From Magallana gigas (Eukaryota): 64,000 bases of DNA. Made by a program: the position numbers and the translations under genes. The stretch spans positions 34,348,001-34,412,000 of the forward strand of contig NC_088855.1 in the NCBI RefSeq assembly GCF_963853765.1. Direction: 5' to 3'. A model generated the notes under the pieces. That model made no database searches and had not been told where the DNA came from. It worked only from the letters and a program-made list of their open reading frames with translations. Below, one piece after another: positions 19,989 to 32,660 of the stretch (its first letter is position 1; each line of letters begins with the position of its first letter).

Positions 19989-20807
19989 AAACTACATGGC
20001 CACACACTAGATGCAGTCGAGCATGGGAAATACCTGGGAGTCACCATAAACCATGATCTACAGTGGAAGACACATATCAACCAGACAGTAGGCAAAGCAT
20101 CAAGGACACTAGGCTTTCTGAGAAGGAACCTAGGACGGTGTAAACCAGAAGTCAAAGCCAACGCCTACATCACCATGGTCAGACCAACCCTGGAATACGC
20201 CTCCACTGTATGGGACCCTTATCAAGATAACCTTGAAAAAGACCTAGCACAAGTACAGAGAAGGGCAGCTAGGTTCGTGTACAACGAATACCAAGACGAA
20301 TCCCCAGGCTGTGTCAGCTCCTTAATGAATAGACTAAAATGGGAGCCTCTTAAAGATCGCCGCTGCAAAGACCGACTCACCATGGCATACAAGATCCGCA
20401 ATAGATTGGTGGATATCGACCCCTCTAATTACTACAAACCCGGAGATTCCAGGACCAGAGGAGGCCACCGCATATACCAACAGCGCACTCGAAAAGATCA
20501 ATACAGGTTCTCCTTCTTCCCAAGATCAACCAGGGAATGGAACACTCTACCGGAAAAAGCCACAACAGCAGCTACACTAGAAGAGTTCAAGGCCAGCCTT
20601 ACCATCCTGCCAGAGGCCTTGACAGGAGCCTCACACATCTAGAACTCCTTCGACCCCAGATGTTCATAGTTTTATTTGTAAATAACTTTCTTGTAAATAG
20701 TTTTTTTTTATTAAGTGAGGAGGGAAGACCTCATGATTGTACGAGCAAGAGTCACCTATACACTCAAGAAGAGTCCGACTCTGTACTGGAAGAAGAAGAG
20801 GAAGAAG
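19989..20807 (+). mobile_element. 5'-truncated non-LTR retrotransposon (CR1/L2-group LINE): ORF2 C-terminus, 3' UTR and (GAA)n-like tail
   Basis: Open frame 19989-20642: KYLGVTI...LQWKTHI...KASRTLGFLRRNL..C...KANAYITMVRPTLEYASTVWDPY...QRRAARFV...YRFSFFPRSTREWNTLP. Tail GAAGAAGAAGAGGAAGAAG; possible AAACTA duplication at 19989-19994 / 20808-20813. Confidence 0.9.
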
Positions 20808-21224
20808 AAACTAATAATTTCCGGTGCAGCTCTCGTTGGGCACAGAAAGACGTTGGTACGATTGACTTGCAGGTGACCTACGACACAAATTCTACTACGA
20901 TCAGCCACGACTGGCAAAACCCGTAGCACACTCACGATCACAAAACATGTACAACGGCTAGTTGTGAATAAGGCTTATAATAGATCATAAACTCTGAATG
21001 AAAAGGCAAATTGAGAATATTGAATATTCATTGCATGTCCCCTACAGGTTCCCAAATAAATATTTTACAAAATGTTTTAGTTGCTGAATAGGGAAAATCT
21101 TGAGAAAATTCAGTGAAAGATTGTTTTAAAAGGGCGAACCTGGTAACTAATTTAAAAAACCCAAGTCGTTTTAAACTATTTTTTTCATCATCTGTGGGTC
21201 CATTTAGATTTATTTGGGGCCATT

Positions 21225-21788
21225 TAGCTGCAGGTCTGTAGCTCCCGGTCTGAACAAAATTCAGATGGACGACCTGGGAACTAAAGTGCCTAAAACTGTA
21301 TATGTATATGTATTGCAATTTACGGCGCACAAAAAAATTCCGCTAGTTTTGGACTGATTAATCTTCTTTAAACGCATAATCTGTGAGTTAGTTCCATTAA
21401 ATTCTTCATGCAATTTACAACTGATATCGTCTCTTTACTTGCCTCAGACTTTCTCCAGAACACGCTGCCTACCTCGGAAAATCAAGTTTGTTAAATTTAC
21501 ATCGAGATCGCCATTTTGACATGTAAACAAACTGCCCCACTTCACTTTACGTGGCTAGTTGTTTAATAGACTATTAGAGGCAAGTAAAGAAATGATATCG
21601 GTAGTAAAGTGCATGAAAAATTTAATGGTACTATCAGTTTTCATAGAATGTGCGTATGAATAAGGTTACAAAACTATGGCACGTTTTTTGTGCGCCACTA
21701 AAATACAATTTTTGTCAATGTGTGGTACTGTAGATCCCAAGCAGTCCATCCGAATATTTCCGGACCGGGAGCTACAGAACTGCAGCTA
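21225..21788. mobile_element. ~560-bp TA-flanked foldback element with long imperfect inverted arms
   Basis: TA|GCTGCAGGTCTGTAGCTCCCGGTC ... GACCGGGAGCTACAGAACTGCAGC|TA. Inner segments also pair (GGCGCACAAAAAA / TTTTTTGTGCGCC; TCTTTACTTGCCTC / GAGGCAAGTAAAGA). Confidence 0.85.
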
Positions 21789-21977
21789 CCTTTTTCTCTC
21801 TTTCCTTTAATCCTAGTTCAAGATGATAACAAGACAATTGTATTACCTTGAATCCGGATAGAAGTAGCTGGTCAACCTTTTTCTCAGTGGTCCTGTATCA
21901 AATAACAATGTGAATTTTAAGAAAAACTGGTCACACACCGGTCCATAAAGCTTGCACAAATGTCTTCATGCATTTAA

Positions 21978-22403
21978 AGGGACTTGAACACGATTTGAGA
22001 TCAAATTTTTTTTTTATGTATAAAATGGTTTACTGGTGCATTTTAAATGATTGACCAAAATATTGAATGTTAAAGTCAAGTTACGAGCGAGATACAGAGG
22101 TAAGAATTGGTTATGTAAACAAAGCTCGAGTCTTATAATTGTTTGCAAAAAATGTAACGTAGAAAATTAACACCTAAGACAAAATGACATGTAAAAACAA
22201 TTTAAACTAATTCAGTAACTTCATAAACACTATTACCAACAAACGAAAGATACATTTGATTGAAACTGACACCAATACAATACATATGTAAAAAAGACAA
22301 TATTCGAGTTTTGTTTACGAAACAAAGAATTACGAACTCTGTAACTTGCTTATATCTTTATATTCGACTTTCAAATTTTAAGTCAAATCGTGTCCAAGTC
22401 CCT
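21978..22403. mobile_element. Non-autonomous TTAA-flanked (Kolobok-like) element, 426 bp
   Basis: TTAA|AGGGACTTGAACACGATTT ... AAATCGTGTCCAAGTCCCT|TTAA. Confidence 0.88.
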
Positions 22404-24438
22404 TTAAGGCATAGAAAAATTAAAAAGGAAACTTTTCATGAGAGAGAGAGAGAGAGAGAGGACGAATCAATAATTTTTATTGAATGATAAGTTAATTTCA
22501 TATTTGAAATCGCCTTCACTGTTATTCAAATAACATATATACATGTATGTATATGTACCAAACACATAAAAACAAATATCAAAGCAATGGATATGTGAAT
22601 AAAATACCCAAAAAGGAATCAAACTTTTCCAATTTGAGTTTCAATTATCTAAATCTTTTCATGCATTTCTGTAAGTAACTGTAAGGCGGTAGTAAGAAAA
22701 GAAATCAGAAGAAACATTAATAGTATTGGCTGTCTGTGTCATGCTAAAATAATTTTCTTGCGTATCACAGAAAATAAAAAGCTCAGTCTTTCATGGAAAT
22801 AGGACAACATGTGCATAGCTGAAGAATTCTAGAATTATTCTGTACATTCTGTCTGAACTTTTGACATAATGTACTTGGAACTATTTTCACAAAAAAGGTA
22901 TCAAACATTGATTTACTTGCCTATTTGCTAAGAGAATTAGCTAATTGATATTAATAGATTAATGTCAGTTTAGATGACTCATTTCTTTTAATGCATAGTT
23001 ACATCTTTATAGTTTTATAACCTTTAATGTCAAGACTTAAGCACTTACTTGTAGGATGATGTAAAACTTTCACTGGTATACCTTGTTAAAAAAGCTCTTC
23101 TGTCTAAACATCTTGGAAATCTAAACTTTATCAACAAAACTCAAAATGTAACGCATCACAATAAAGTTTATACAAACCGATTCTGCCCATTAGGTTGGCC
23201 AGTATCGTTGCGTATAAATATAAACATATTTTATAACCGTGAGCTAAATAGCGGACAATAAATAGGCGGATCCATTCTTTTACCAAAAGCATAGAGCTTG
23301 GTTCTTTAAAAAATCTATACTTTATATTTTTAAGACCGAAAAAACAATCACCGCCTACAAATTTACCTGATTTATGTACCCCTGTCAATCAAATAATTTT
23401 AGGCCCCAGATTGGACGTTAGAAAATGATTGACATTCATTTACTCGTCCTGTGTAAATCACGTCTGGCGCTCGTGACGATCTTGCAATTAACTGTAGTCT
23501 GTTGATGCCTACATAGACGATAAAACGCCACCTCTTTAGTACTTTAACCAAAAGAAACTAATATCGAGAGAGTGATAAATTTTCGGATTAAAAATTACAA
23601 TATAGGAATCTTGTAAAGTACTTTCTATGATGCCTCTTGAAAATTATAACGGCTTTTATCTCTGCAGAAAAAAATGCATATCAAACTAACACAGCAAGTT
23701 GTTTCCTCCAATGACTGAAACCACTGAACAGGAAATTTTAAAAGGATGGGGGCAGGGGGTAAAATAATTTGTATTTGTTAAAATTCAAGACATGTTTACG
23801 TTTATACCTCATGAGTTTTGTGACAGAATATCTTGTTTACAGCTAAAATGCAAAACCTTGAGGTCTGGCGTTTCTTGGAGGCAAATCATCATATTATCAT
23901 ATTTGACACATCTCTTTATTTACATTCAATATGTAAATATTCTTCTGCACCAAATTGATAAAATGAATTACATTCATAATAGATTGGACTGCTTAAATGA
24001 ACTTGTAAAATCCTGATTTCGAAATAGGCCTTTTTAATTAGGTGATGATGTGAAAAGGGGTCGTGGTTTTTTTTAGTATCGAAAGAGACGTTCCTGGTCG
24101 TTCGATTGATGATGAGCTGTAACAATAACTTACCATCCCATTTAAACTAGTTTAATATGTAAAACACGGTCATTTAACTCTAACTCTGCACTAAGTGAAG
24201 TAGACATTATAAGCATTTTAAAAAAAAAACAGGTTTTGAATTGAACAATGATCTTTTACATCCTCTACATTAAACAAAAGTCATAGTTATTATATATACT
24301 AGTAATTGGTAATTGGTGATGTTTAGTGAAAAACGATTGTACATATTTTAGCGTTGATTTTTATTTCATTTCTAAAGCACGTAAATTTACACAAAATCTA
24401 CATAGAAATTGAAAAAACAAAGACATTCATTTTGATGT

Positions 24439-24590
24439 CTTGCGTTGGTCTAGGAATTTTTTTTACCAGGGAAACTATGTCTGGGGGAGTTAAAGGGCTC
24501 TGAGGCCTGTTTGGTAACTATGTTATGAAAGTCTTTATTTCTTTTGGAGGGAATAGGGCGTGTCGCGTCATTCTTTTTGATCCGGGCATG
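24439..24590. mobile_element. Degenerate copy of the CATGCGCGGATCCAG-terminus MITE family
   Basis: Ends in GATCCGGGCATG; left end CTTGCGTTGGTCTAGGAATTT; resembles 43672-43865. Confidence 0.5.
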
Positions 24591-25593
24591 GATGTTATTG
24601 TTGGATAAATACTTTTAAGCTTGTACAAAATATATGCAATGACATTTGTACTTAACTTTCCCCGCATGGAAAAAGTGTGACTTTTAAGGTTGTACAAAAT
24701 AGAATTTTTTACCTTAATCCAAATTTTCTTATTAAACAAGAAGTTCCTCTACGTCTTAAAAAAAGGTAAACAAATAGTTTTATCTAGGCCAACCATTCTC
24801 CATAAACAATAAAAACTGCGGATTTTGAACTTATAAACCATATTATATTTTAAACTAAATCTTATAAAAATCATTGAAATGATAAAATACTTGGTCAAGA
24901 GACTATGTTGAACACAATGTTCTATCTAATACCTTAAATGTTGCCAAACATAGATACATTTATATGTTTGATAACATTTAAGAAAGTAGAGAGCAGAATG
25001 GTTAAATTTACAAGGATATAGAAACTCTTAAACAGCATTAACGATTTGATAAAGTCTAAAATGATAATGTTTCAAAGGAGAGAAAACCTAGTTTTTAAAA
25101 ACATGTAGAATGACGCCATTTCCATATGGTTATGTATAACGGATAACATATTTCCATATGTACATCGTGATCATAAAAGGAACTCTTTCCTTTATTGGGG
25201 GGGGGGGGACATTTTTATAAGACTAATTATTTTTTATAAGACTAATTTTGTTTTGTCTTCATTTTACATTTTTACTACATTTGAAAGGTAACATCATAAT
25301 ATTTCGGACAGGAATAAGCCACTTAAGGTATTTGGAAAAGCACTGAAAATGTTTTAAATAAATTTTAATTAACACATCTAATTGTTCTTGGTTATAAACT
25401 TTTTAAATAAAGTTATATTAAAAGAAATGGTCTTTTATCACTTTATTCATTTATCATTTTGTTCATCCCAGTGTAAAACGATACTTAAGTTGCTTAAACA
25501 TTTACATTACCGTAAATCCACAGAAAAGTGCACGTTAAGCTGGTCACCCTATTTGGTCATCGGCCCAGTTCCGTATACAGTGTTTGTTCATGG

Positions 25594-25724
25594 GAAAAAG
25601 TCACCATTCCTCGGTCTTTGAAAAAAATGGTAATTCCTTGGTCTTCAGCGTTGAAAAAAAATGGCAATTCCTTGGTCTTTAGCGTTGAAAAAAATGGTAA
25701 TTCCTTGGTCTTTAGAGTTGAAAA
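25594..25724. repeat. Tandem repeat, ~33-bp unit, 3-4 copies
   Basis: AAAAAATGGTAATTCCTTGGTCTT(C/T)AGCGTTG repeated head to tail. Confidence 0.9.
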
Positions 25725-26292
25725 GAATTTATTATGCAAGGCATGATACAATTCTAGTAAAGGAATTTAGGACATGAAACTATCTTGAAGGAGATGGATG
25801 GTCAACAAGTTATCAATCAAATTATGCCTTAAAATTTTGAATATGATGGTTTTGGCCACAAACTATGATTATCTGTATGTTAAGCAGAAATCCTAAAAAT
25901 TTAGACTAATGATTATCTAACAAAGAATGCATATATCAGCTTCAAAAACTTGAATTCATTTGAATTCATTAACAAAGTTATTAACTCACCCGAATTTAAT
26001 TTTGATTAAGTTCGGTAAGAGATCACAATAAACTCGAGTATTAATGACTGCCAGCGACATACTTAGATAATTATGTTCATAGGCATCACTGATAATTGAT
26101 TGCTCAATAAATCATAATGTACTGACGACACTCAGAACAAAGCTGAATAGGTGTAGCCTAAATAAATTTTTGATTTAAAACTGCTGTCCTGCTGAATTAT
26201 TATAGTTTTTAAATACTTTCTCTCCATATTTCTTACAATAACATTTTGAGAAAATTACGTTCTTTGTTTATAAAATATATATATTTACATGT

Positions 26293-26575
26293 ATATATGT
26301 GTGTATGTATATGTGTGAAATGTATTGAATGAGATATGATGTATCGATGATGCTTTGAAAAAGGATCAAAACTTGTATGTACCCAAAGTCTTACTCAGCA
26401 TTTCAAATCATATGACATGAAATTCATTAGATATATTTATATATGTGTGTGTGTATATGTGTGAAATGTATTGAATGACATAAGCTGTATCGATGATGCT
26501 GTGAAAAAGGATCAAAACTTGTATGTACCCAATGTCTTATTCAGCATTTCAAATGAAATGACATGAAACTCATTA
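26293..26575. repeat. Tandem duplication of a ~146-bp unit upstream of paralog 2
   Basis: ATATATGTGTGT...GAAATGTATTGAATGA...GTATCGATGATGCT...GAAAAAGGATCAAAACTTGTATGTACCCAA...ACATGAAA.TCATTA occurs twice. Confidence 0.92.
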
Positions 26576-26924
26576 AATTCTACCTCTTTGGAATTTAATA
26601 TGGTCATTTCCAAAATAGGAGGTTGTTTCTGTTTGGGGTTTTTGTAGAGATTGAGGAAGGGGCGTATACAGATTTATGTTTCTTATTATTTTTCGTGCTC
26701 TAAAAAGTTTTAAGTCTATTAAGTTTTAAGTTTCACGGACTAAAAACCTGATGTGCTTCTTTACACTCAATTAAAATTCTACCGTTTTCTCAACTGATCA
26801 ATTATAATTAAAGTTTGAAATCGTGCAAACGCAGATGCGTCCTAAAATTAGTTCATACTAACGGAAATTTTGATAAAAAATTTAAAATTTTCGCATGTAA
26901 ATGATGTACAATGTACATGTACCA

Positions 26925-26979
26925 TATAAAGGATTCAGAACAGATTGTCGAGCATTAGAGGCAGAGAGAAAGGCTAAAG
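26925..26979 (+). promoter_or_regulatory. TATA box, Inr-like CATTAG and ~26-nt non-coding first exon of paralog 2
   Basis: TATAAA at 26925, CATTAG at 26953 (A is 29 nt from the TATA start), AAG|GTATGT donor at 26980, and an acceptor ending at 27413, 7 nt before the ATG. Confidence 0.65.
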
Positions 26980-27420
26980 GTATGTTTTATTTTTTGAAAA
27001 TACTTAAAAAAACAAACAAAAAAAGTATCAGTTTAAAAGAAGCAAAACAGATAATTCAAAATTAAACATAATATTCTACGATTAGATACTAGTAAAATAA
27101 TGATATCATTAATTTTATTCAATTTTTTAAATTACATAACAGTTTGTTTTTATTTTTTGTTTCTTTGACATAGTCTTTTTTTTTTGTCGCGTACTTTTTG
27201 TGTATGATTGTTGTTTCTTTTTTTATTTTTTCCTATTAATTTTGTTGTTGGTTATATAAACTTAATTTCTTTCAGTCGATATTTCTTGGTTTTTAAAGTT
27301 ATACACTGTTACATCGTACGAGTAACTCATGTGTTTCTTATCAAATTTGAAATTTTGAAATGTTTCAATACTTATATAAATTATCATTTACTAATGGAAT
27401 TTGATTTCAAAAGTGAAAAT

Positions 27421-30400
27421 ATGGCGATTGTTTGGACGAAAGCGGTTTCCGTCTTCTGTCTAGTCCTTTCTTTACTTAAACTGTCGTCTGCTCTCCTGGA
27501 ACCAAATCCGTTTCCGGAAACATTGAAAGAATGCTACGACTTCCGTTCCTATAACATGACACCATCTGACGAAGTAGCTCTGATGATACAAAACCATTGC
27601 TTCAAGAATTACCAGTACAAGCAGATTGCTGAGGGGAAAGTCTGGACTGCCCCTAATATCACGCAGGAGGGGATGAACTACATCAACAGCTTGTTTCGAA
27701 AGTTATTCGGTGAGATAGTTGCCTCTAGTAAATCCAAACACCAGAAGCGGCAAGCTGCTGTTAGATTCAGGCGGGAGGTCCGAAGTCCGGGTGCCTTTGC
27801 TCCTTTTGTCGAATGCATCAGACGGCTGTATAATACGGTAAACACATTTGCTACTACATGTTCATAGGTTTGTTTGTACAAAATCTCGAGCTACTATTTA
27901 CATTTTTATTCTTTTAAAATAATTGTATCTAACATGCTCCAGTCATACGATCGTGACATGAACAGAGTTTTTAATGCAGAACAATATTAGCATGAAAATA
28001 AATGATATGAAATAAATGCTAATACAAGGAGACAATCGTTTTATTTTACAGCAAGTCTCTGTAAACATGAACGAGTATCAGGCGATAGCGTCACTACACA
28101 CGGGACAAGCACTGCAATCAGCGCACGACGGAGCGGCCTTCCTGCCCTGGCACAGAATATACCTATTGCTGTAAGTAATTACAACTCAATGAAGATTTCA
28201 GCACATTAAAAATCTTTTTACCGAAAAATGCAAATGTATGTTAGCAAAAAAAAGCACCAAACAATTAATCGTTTTTAAGGATACAGTATGGCTACATGTA
28301 TAGGCAATATACGTATTAGATACAAAGCTTAAATAACAAGCATTCTGAGAGTATTGCATAAGCAATACACGTCCCCTACCGGTTTGTATTATTCTATGAA
28401 AGCTTCCAAGCACACAACTATTTCAGAGCTATTGTAAACGAGATGTCATGCTTTAATCAGAGATAAAAGAACAGAGGAAATTAAAACTATATAGTTGATA
28501 TAGAAATTAAATAGGAAATAGGTAAAATAATACCGAGCGCAGCGAGAGGCGGGCGAAGCCCGCCTCGCGAAGCGAGGATTAATGGTAACACGTATATATA
28601 AGAAAATCAGTGCAAAATGAAAGTTGAATCAGGGGTACTAAGGCCAAAAAATTTTTCTTCCAGCCCTGGGCGCCGCCATATTGGCAGCCATTTTGTTTTT
28701 TAAAAGTTAGTTTGATCATTGATTGACTGGTACTTATCGATGTCTATTGCCCCTAAACTCGATTAAATAAGTTCCAGTGTTTCAATAGAAGGTAATTTGA
28801 ATTAAAAGAAATTAAAAAGGAAACCAGATAAGTTTCAATAGTGCTTCAATCAAGAAACACGACTTGTTCTATGTATGTCTTATCAATTATCAGATGGAAA
28901 ATAAAAACATAAACGTCAAGGAACTGATCTTTTAGATTCTGAATAAAGTATTCAATTTTATTACATTGACATTCATATGAATTAAATTGATGAACAATGA
29001 AATAAGAAATAAAACAAAAATTCGGAATCACGTAACTCTCTTCGGCTATTTCCGAAGACAAAACTTGAACGTTTTACGTCTGAAATATGACGTCATAATG
29101 TAGACTGAGCACGCGACGTTTAGTTTAACTTTGACGAATGATTTGAGTAGGCAACCATACTGGCGGATCATACTTTGTGCGTTTTAAATAGATTTTATTA
29201 TACAAAAATCAAACTACACTTTGTTTAATCTCCGCTCGGTCCAACGGTCACACCGTTAACATATTAAAAGGAATGGTACAGAAAAAGGAATGGTACAAGT
29301 AACGCACGATATTATTACTGACTATGTACTGACCTCGTTTATTCAGTTACACACCGAACCCGATAACGAACCCGAACATTTAAAAAATTGGAATATAAAA
29401 AATTCATTTTCTCGAAAATATGTCAATCAGACGCTACAAAAGTGTAAACTTGATCTGTAGTTTGACATTTTGAAGCTGTTCAGCAAGTTTCATATTATTC
29501 CTCAAATGCATAAAGAAAAAAAGTGTGGAAAACTGAAGTGGGACAGACAGACGGACTGACGGACGGACAGACAGACGGACGGACGGACTGACGGACGCAG
29601 AGGAAAGCTATAGTCCCCTCCGGTGAAACCGGTAGGGGACTAATAAGGGGTATTGTTGTAAATCGGACCCAGAAAAACCATCAGTGTTTACCATATACAC
29701 ACTTGACGTAATATAACTAGATGAAAATAATAGTAAGTTAAGATCAAACGTGAACTATTTCTCTTCGCATGTATTTCACCGTCAGTCTTTGGGTTTCAGA
29801 CTTGAGACCGCTTGCCGTGGCGTGCCAGTACCATACTGGGATTCCACGGTGGACCATGTTATGCCTGACCCCACTAGATCAATTGTGTGGAGTGAGCAGT
29901 TCTTTGGAAATGGTGATGGACAAGTATTGACGGGGCCATTCCGGAATTTCCAAACGACTGTTCCTGGGGATAGTATAACAAGAGAAATTGGAACAAGTGG
30001 GTAGCTATTGGACTTCGTATTTTCTTTGTTTTAATCATGACCAGTTAAGTTTGCAAATCTTCTATCATACTCACACGTTTAATGGACATTTTTTTTTTGG
30101 AAAAACAAATCATTCAATTCAATTTTGAGTTAGTGGAATCAATCACATTTTTTAACTACTAGTATTAGTTTGATTGTCTTAACAATTTAGAGAAAAGCCC
30201 GTAGAAAAGCATATTATTACAATTGCATTCATTTGTTAATAAAAAGCAATAATAGTGAAATCATTTACTATTGTCATTATTATTAGGTCGGAACGCTTTA
30301 TTCACCAAAGAAGGTCTTGCAGCTGTCTTAAGTCGAACACGGTATTCAGAAATTGTTGAACCTAAAAGAGGACGCGAATATGTGTATAGTTTAGAAGGCC

Positions 30401-31662
30401 ATCACAACGGTCCACACAACTGGGTTGGAGGTCATTTACCCCTTCCCTGGGTAGCGGCATTCGACCCTGTCTTTTTTATGCACCATGCCTACGTTGATGC
30501 CGTTTGGGAAGTATTCCGGGCACAGCAGATACGGAATGGAATCGACCCAGGACGAGATTATCCTCTTCAAAACGAACCTGGACACGGTCCATTTGACATA
30601 ATTGATTTCCGGCCCTACTTTCCTCCCATACGAAACATTGACGCGATGTCCCAAGCTGTAGCGCGACTTGTTAGATACGAACCATTCCCGTCATGTCAGA
30701 ATAACTGTAATTCAAGTCCACACTTAACCTGTGTAGGGGGAGTGTGCATGTCTAGAGCACGCCCTGCAGCCTCACCTATAGAGTCTTTTGGAGGTGCAGC
30801 AGCTTTTGGTCCAAGTGCCCAAGACGTTCCATCCCAGTCACGAGTTCTTGCACAGGCCCGAGGTCCTATACCCGGCGGGGAAAGATTCCGTTCCTCGCCA
30901 TTCATGGACACCCGTAATCGCCCAAATACTATCGGGAACGCCCCAGTAGCACCCGAATTAGAGGCTGCCAGTTTTCAAGCAAGGACTGCAGGAATGCGAA
31001 GCAAACGCGATGCATCCAAGATTCTTCATTACAATGTTTCATCAAACGCCCACGTCCAGTCAGTATCTTCATTGGAACGATCCTACACAAATACTTTTAT
31101 CATGGATGGGGTGATTGATGTGAAGCGCTGGGTTTACGTACCCGTTCGTGTTGTCTACAACAGAACAAATGCAAACGGGAACGATCCGACTTTCAAAGCA
31201 AACATTTTAAAAGAAAACCTAAATGAAATGTGTCGTACCGTCGGATCTGGAGCCTCAAAAGTATATGTGGCCTCTAATGGGTTAGATTACTTTGGTACAT
31301 ACAAAGAATTTGCAATCATAGATGAAAGGCAACCGATCTCCGAAACAACAGCAGCTGTAGGTATCAAGAACCCGGATTACGGTGCAGGAGAGGTCATGTT
31401 CTCGGCATACGACTCTTGTGGGCGCCCATGTCGGCCTTTTTGTTTAACTTCAATCCAAGGAAAGCAAAAATACAAACCATGCTCGGGAGTTTTCAAGATC
31501 TCGTCTGCTGAACCAAAAATGTTCAAGCGAACATACAGCGATGTGTTTGCCCTTGATACATCGCTGGACAATTCCGTTGCCTCTGGACCTGGAGACGATT
31601 CAAGTTCTCCCAGCATTACGTTTTTATGTGACGAAAACAAGCACTGGCCATGGGCGTATTAA
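27421..31662 (+). CDS. Secreted tyrosinase-like protein, paralog 2, ~702 aa, 4 coding exons
   Basis: Exons 27421-27837, 28052-28170, 29800-29996, 30287-31662; GT-AG, phases 0/2/1, 2109 nt. CuA HTGQALQSAHDGAAFLPWHR; CuB EGHHNGPHNWVGGH...FDPVFFMHH. AATAAA at 31685. Confidence 0.95.
28546..28566. repeat. GC-rich mini-hairpin GAGGCGGGC-GAA-GCCCGCCTC within an intronic repeat
   Basis: 9-bp perfect stem with a GAA triloop, in otherwise AT-rich intron sequence. Confidence 0.8.
29410..29646 (+). mobile_element. Helentron-derived non-autonomous element fragment (HINE / pearl-CvA-like) in an intron of paralog 2
   Basis: ACGG/ACAG/ACTG tetranucleotide microsatellite at 29541-29597, followed by the 3' stem-loop TAGTCCCCTCCGG-TGAAA-CCGGTAGGGGACTA (29611-29642) and ATAA. 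This is the layout known for bivalve pearl/HINE elements; the 5' boundary is uncertain. Confidence 0.7.
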
Positions 31663-31788
31663 CTTATTCATCATGGATCAAAATAATAAATTGAATATTT
31701 GTCATTTGCTCTTGTTGTCAATAAAACGTATCGGATATAAAGAATACGGCAAGTATGCGTCATGTATGTACAAGTATAAAAAAATTAA

Positions 31789-31791
<3 letters not shown>

Positions 31792-31844
<53 letters not shown>
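31792..31844. repeat. (CT)n microsatellite just 3' of paralog 2
   Basis: Dinucleotide run. Confidence 0.97.
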
Positions 31845-31846
<2 letters not shown>

Positions 31847-32498
31847 TTACATAATGAAATATGTCAATCGTTAAAAATTACGGACTGTCTTGCATAATAA
31901 TTTTTCCATGTATGCTGACTGCTCATCTCAATGAATTTTTGTTGTTGTTTTCATGAATAATTTATAGCTTTTCTTTTTCTACTTGGCATATTTACATTTT
32001 CCTAAAGAAAAACTGTAATATTTTCAATAATTTCTTATCTTCTAAAGAGTTTTACTTTTCGAATAAAACGAGAAAAGGCCAATGAACGCTGTTAGTAAAC
32101 GTACATGGAGTTGGTCGTGGATTTCGGATGATTAGATCCCGCGTAGCTATTTTTCCTCTTTTTTTATAATTCAACTTATGCGTGTAAGCATGAATGTGTT
32201 TGCTTAAATCCTGGTTGTCATACCATTTAGTATGTTTTATAACGACATTCAACTAAAAGAGATCATTGACATGTTGCCACTGAACAAAAGATAACTCTTG
32301 CAAGTTACCAGAAACGTCACAAAAAGTTTATCTTACCTTGTAAACTTCAGTATTAATAATTCATTTGATTCATTTATGCTCTGATGGCCGCATGTATATT
32401 GCATATTGCGATTTCATTGTCATGTAACTCGTACAAGTAGAAAACACGATATGTACAGATCTGCGACACATTTTTGAATTAAATAAACATTGTCTATC

Positions 32499-32660
32499 CA
32501 ATGTACGGATCCAAAAGAAATTCTCTAAAAAGGGGGGGGGGGGTGTCCCTGGGATAATTTGGTTTTCTGGGAGGAGAAGGGGAGAGAGTAGGGGGTCCGA
32601 ATTCAACCAAAGATATTTATAACTATCATTTTTCGGAATGGATCTGCCCCCCCCCCCTCA
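32499..32660. mobile_element. Degenerate copy of the CATGCGCGGATCCAG MITE family (reverse orientation relative to 43672-43865)
   Basis: CAATGTACGGATCCAAAAGAAATT, poly-G tracts, GGGGGTCCGA, ending in GGATCTGCC. Confidence 0.55.

Noticed and set aside
29997-30004. Alternative donor at 30001 (GTAGCT) for exon 3 of paralog 2
   Set aside because: It gives phase 2, which is incompatible with the 30287 acceptor and with the phase-1 intron conserved in the other paralogs; the donor at 29997 fits.
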